Positions 37,600 to 38,652 of a stretch of 38,652 nt of DNA are shown here, one piece after another. The position numbers were made by a program, and so were the translations under genes. Position 1 is the first letter of the stretch. Every line of letters starts with the position of its first letter. This DNA is from a virus. Lineage: Duplodnaviria > Heunggongvirae > Uroviricota > Caudoviricetes. The notes below the pieces were generated by a model. The model did not search any database. It saw only the letters and a program-made list of their open reading frames with translations, and had not been told where the DNA came from. Location: the IMG/VR virus record IMGVR_UViG_2695420676_000011; one strand, written 5' to 3'.

Positions 37600-38652
37600 A
37601 TGGCAGTACGAAAACTCACCACTGGGAAATGGCTTTGCGAATGTTACCCCGCCGGACGAAGTGGGCGTCGTGTGCGTAAACAATTCGTCACCAAAGGCGA
37701 AGCACTGGCTTTTGAGCGCCACACGATGGAAGAAACCGAAGCAAAGCCCTGGCTGGGTGAATCAGTGGATCGTCGAACACTGAAAGACGTGGTTGAGCTA
37801 TGGTTCAAACTACATGGTAAATCTCTGACAGCTGGGCAGCATGTCTATGACAAATTGCTGTTGATGGTTGACGCTCTGGGCAATCCTCTTGCAACCGATC
37901 TCACCTCTAAAATGTTTGCCCACTATCGAGATAAACGCCTGACAGGCGAGATCTACTTCAGCGAGAAATGGAAGAAAGGAGCAAGCCCGGTCACCATTAA
38001 CCTGGAGCAAAGCTATCTAAGTAGTGTTTTTAGCGAACTATCCCGTCTGGGCGAATGGTCGTATCCGAACCCACTGGAGAACATGCGAAAATTCACCATC
38101 GCAGAAAAAGAGATGGCATGGCTTACCCATGAGCAGATTGTTGAATTGCTGGCTGATTGCAAACGTCAGGACCCAATTCTGGCACTGGTAGTTAAGATAT
38201 GCTTAAGCACAGGCGCACGCTGGCGTGAAGCCGTAAATCTTACCCGCTCACAGGTGACCAAATACCGAATTACCTTTGTCAGAACGAAGGGGAAGAAAAA
38301 CAGAAGCATCCCTATCAGTAAAGAGCTTTACGAAGAGATCATGGCGCTTGATGGGTTCAATTTCTTCACAGACTGCTATTTTCAATTTTTATCCGTGATG
38401 GAAAAAACGTCTATCGTACTCCCTCGCGGTCAACTCACACACGTTCTGCGCCATACGTTTGCGGCGCACTTCATGATGTCGGGTGGAAACATTCTGGCCT
38501 TACAAAAAATTCTCGGACACCACGATATAAAAATGACTATGCGTTACGCACATCTGGCACCGGATCATCTGGAAACGGCGCTCCGTTTCAATCCTCTGGC
38601 AACGCTGCCAAGTGGCGACAAAGTGGCGGCAGCGGTTGGCATTACCCCGTAA
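37600..38652 (+). CDS. int: Tyrosine integrase
   Basis: Start at MAVRKLTTGKW with GGAGGG RBS; C-terminal catalytic region with LRHTFA...HHDIKMTMRYAHL; stop codon is the last three bases of the window. Confidence 0.85.
   Translation: MAVRKLTTGKWLCECYPAGRSGRRVRKQFVTKGEALAFERHTMEETEAKPWLGESVDRRTLKDVVELWFKLHGKSLTAGQHVYDKLLLMVDALGNPLATDLTSKMFAHYRDKRLTGEIYFSEKWKKGASPVTINLEQSYLSSVFSELSRLGEWSYPNPLENMRKFTIAEKEMAWLTHEQIVELLADCKRQDPILALVVKICLSTGARWREAVNLTRSQVTKYRITFVRTKGKKNRSIPISKELYEEIMALDGFNFFTDCYFQFLSVMEKTSIVLPRGQLTHVLRHTFAAHFMMSGGNILALQKILGHHDIKMTMRYAHLAPDHLETALRFNPLATLPSGDKVAAAVGITP

Larger units (their letters stand above)
3223..38652. mobile_element. P2/186-family temperate prophage, incomplete in window (right junction beyond window end)
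   Basis: Contiguous P2-type late gene set, 186-type CI/Apl/CII switch, replication gene A and tyrosine integrase; left junction lies between the ybjL terminator and ogr. Confidence 0.9.

Noticed and set aside
1-38652. CRISPR arrays, tRNA/rRNA genes, IS elements
   Set aside because: Scanned for short direct-repeat arrays, tRNA-like T-arm motifs and transposase-like ORFs and found none; the only mobile DNA is the prophage and its invertible segment.

Overview
The window opens with a conserved Escherichia-type chromosomal block (ybjC, grxA, ybjM, ybjL). From about 3.2 kb to the window end it is a near-complete P2/186-family temperate prophage, inserted just downstream of the ybjL terminator; the integrase ORF ends exactly at the window edge, so the far attachment site is outside the window. 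The late region is P2-like in gene order (ogr, D, U, T, E/E', FII, FI, tail fibre, I, J, W, V, S, R, lysis cassette, X, L, M, N, O on the minus strand; P and Q on the plus strand). The lysogeny switch is 186-like (CI, Apl, CII), followed by an early operon with a Dam-type methyltransferase and replication protein A. The most interesting content is accessory cargo between portal gene Q and replication gene A: (1) a HipA-like kinase gene overlapping a HIRAN-domain gene, which I regard as the best candidate for an uncharacterised toxin/defence module; (2) a SIR2-HerA pair, a known NAD-depleting anti-phage system; (3) a small operon with a DinI-like gene behind a strong LexA box. A GC-rich cos-like motif lies between the first two. 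Other points: a DNA invertase with an invertible tail-fibre cassette, an in-frame TGA splitting the tape measure gene, and a 1-bp frameshift splitting the tail fibre gene, so the prophage may be tail-defective while keeping its cargo. All calls come from reading the translations and DNA motifs by eye; no database search, HMM or alignment was run, and similarities to P2/186 proteins are from memory.
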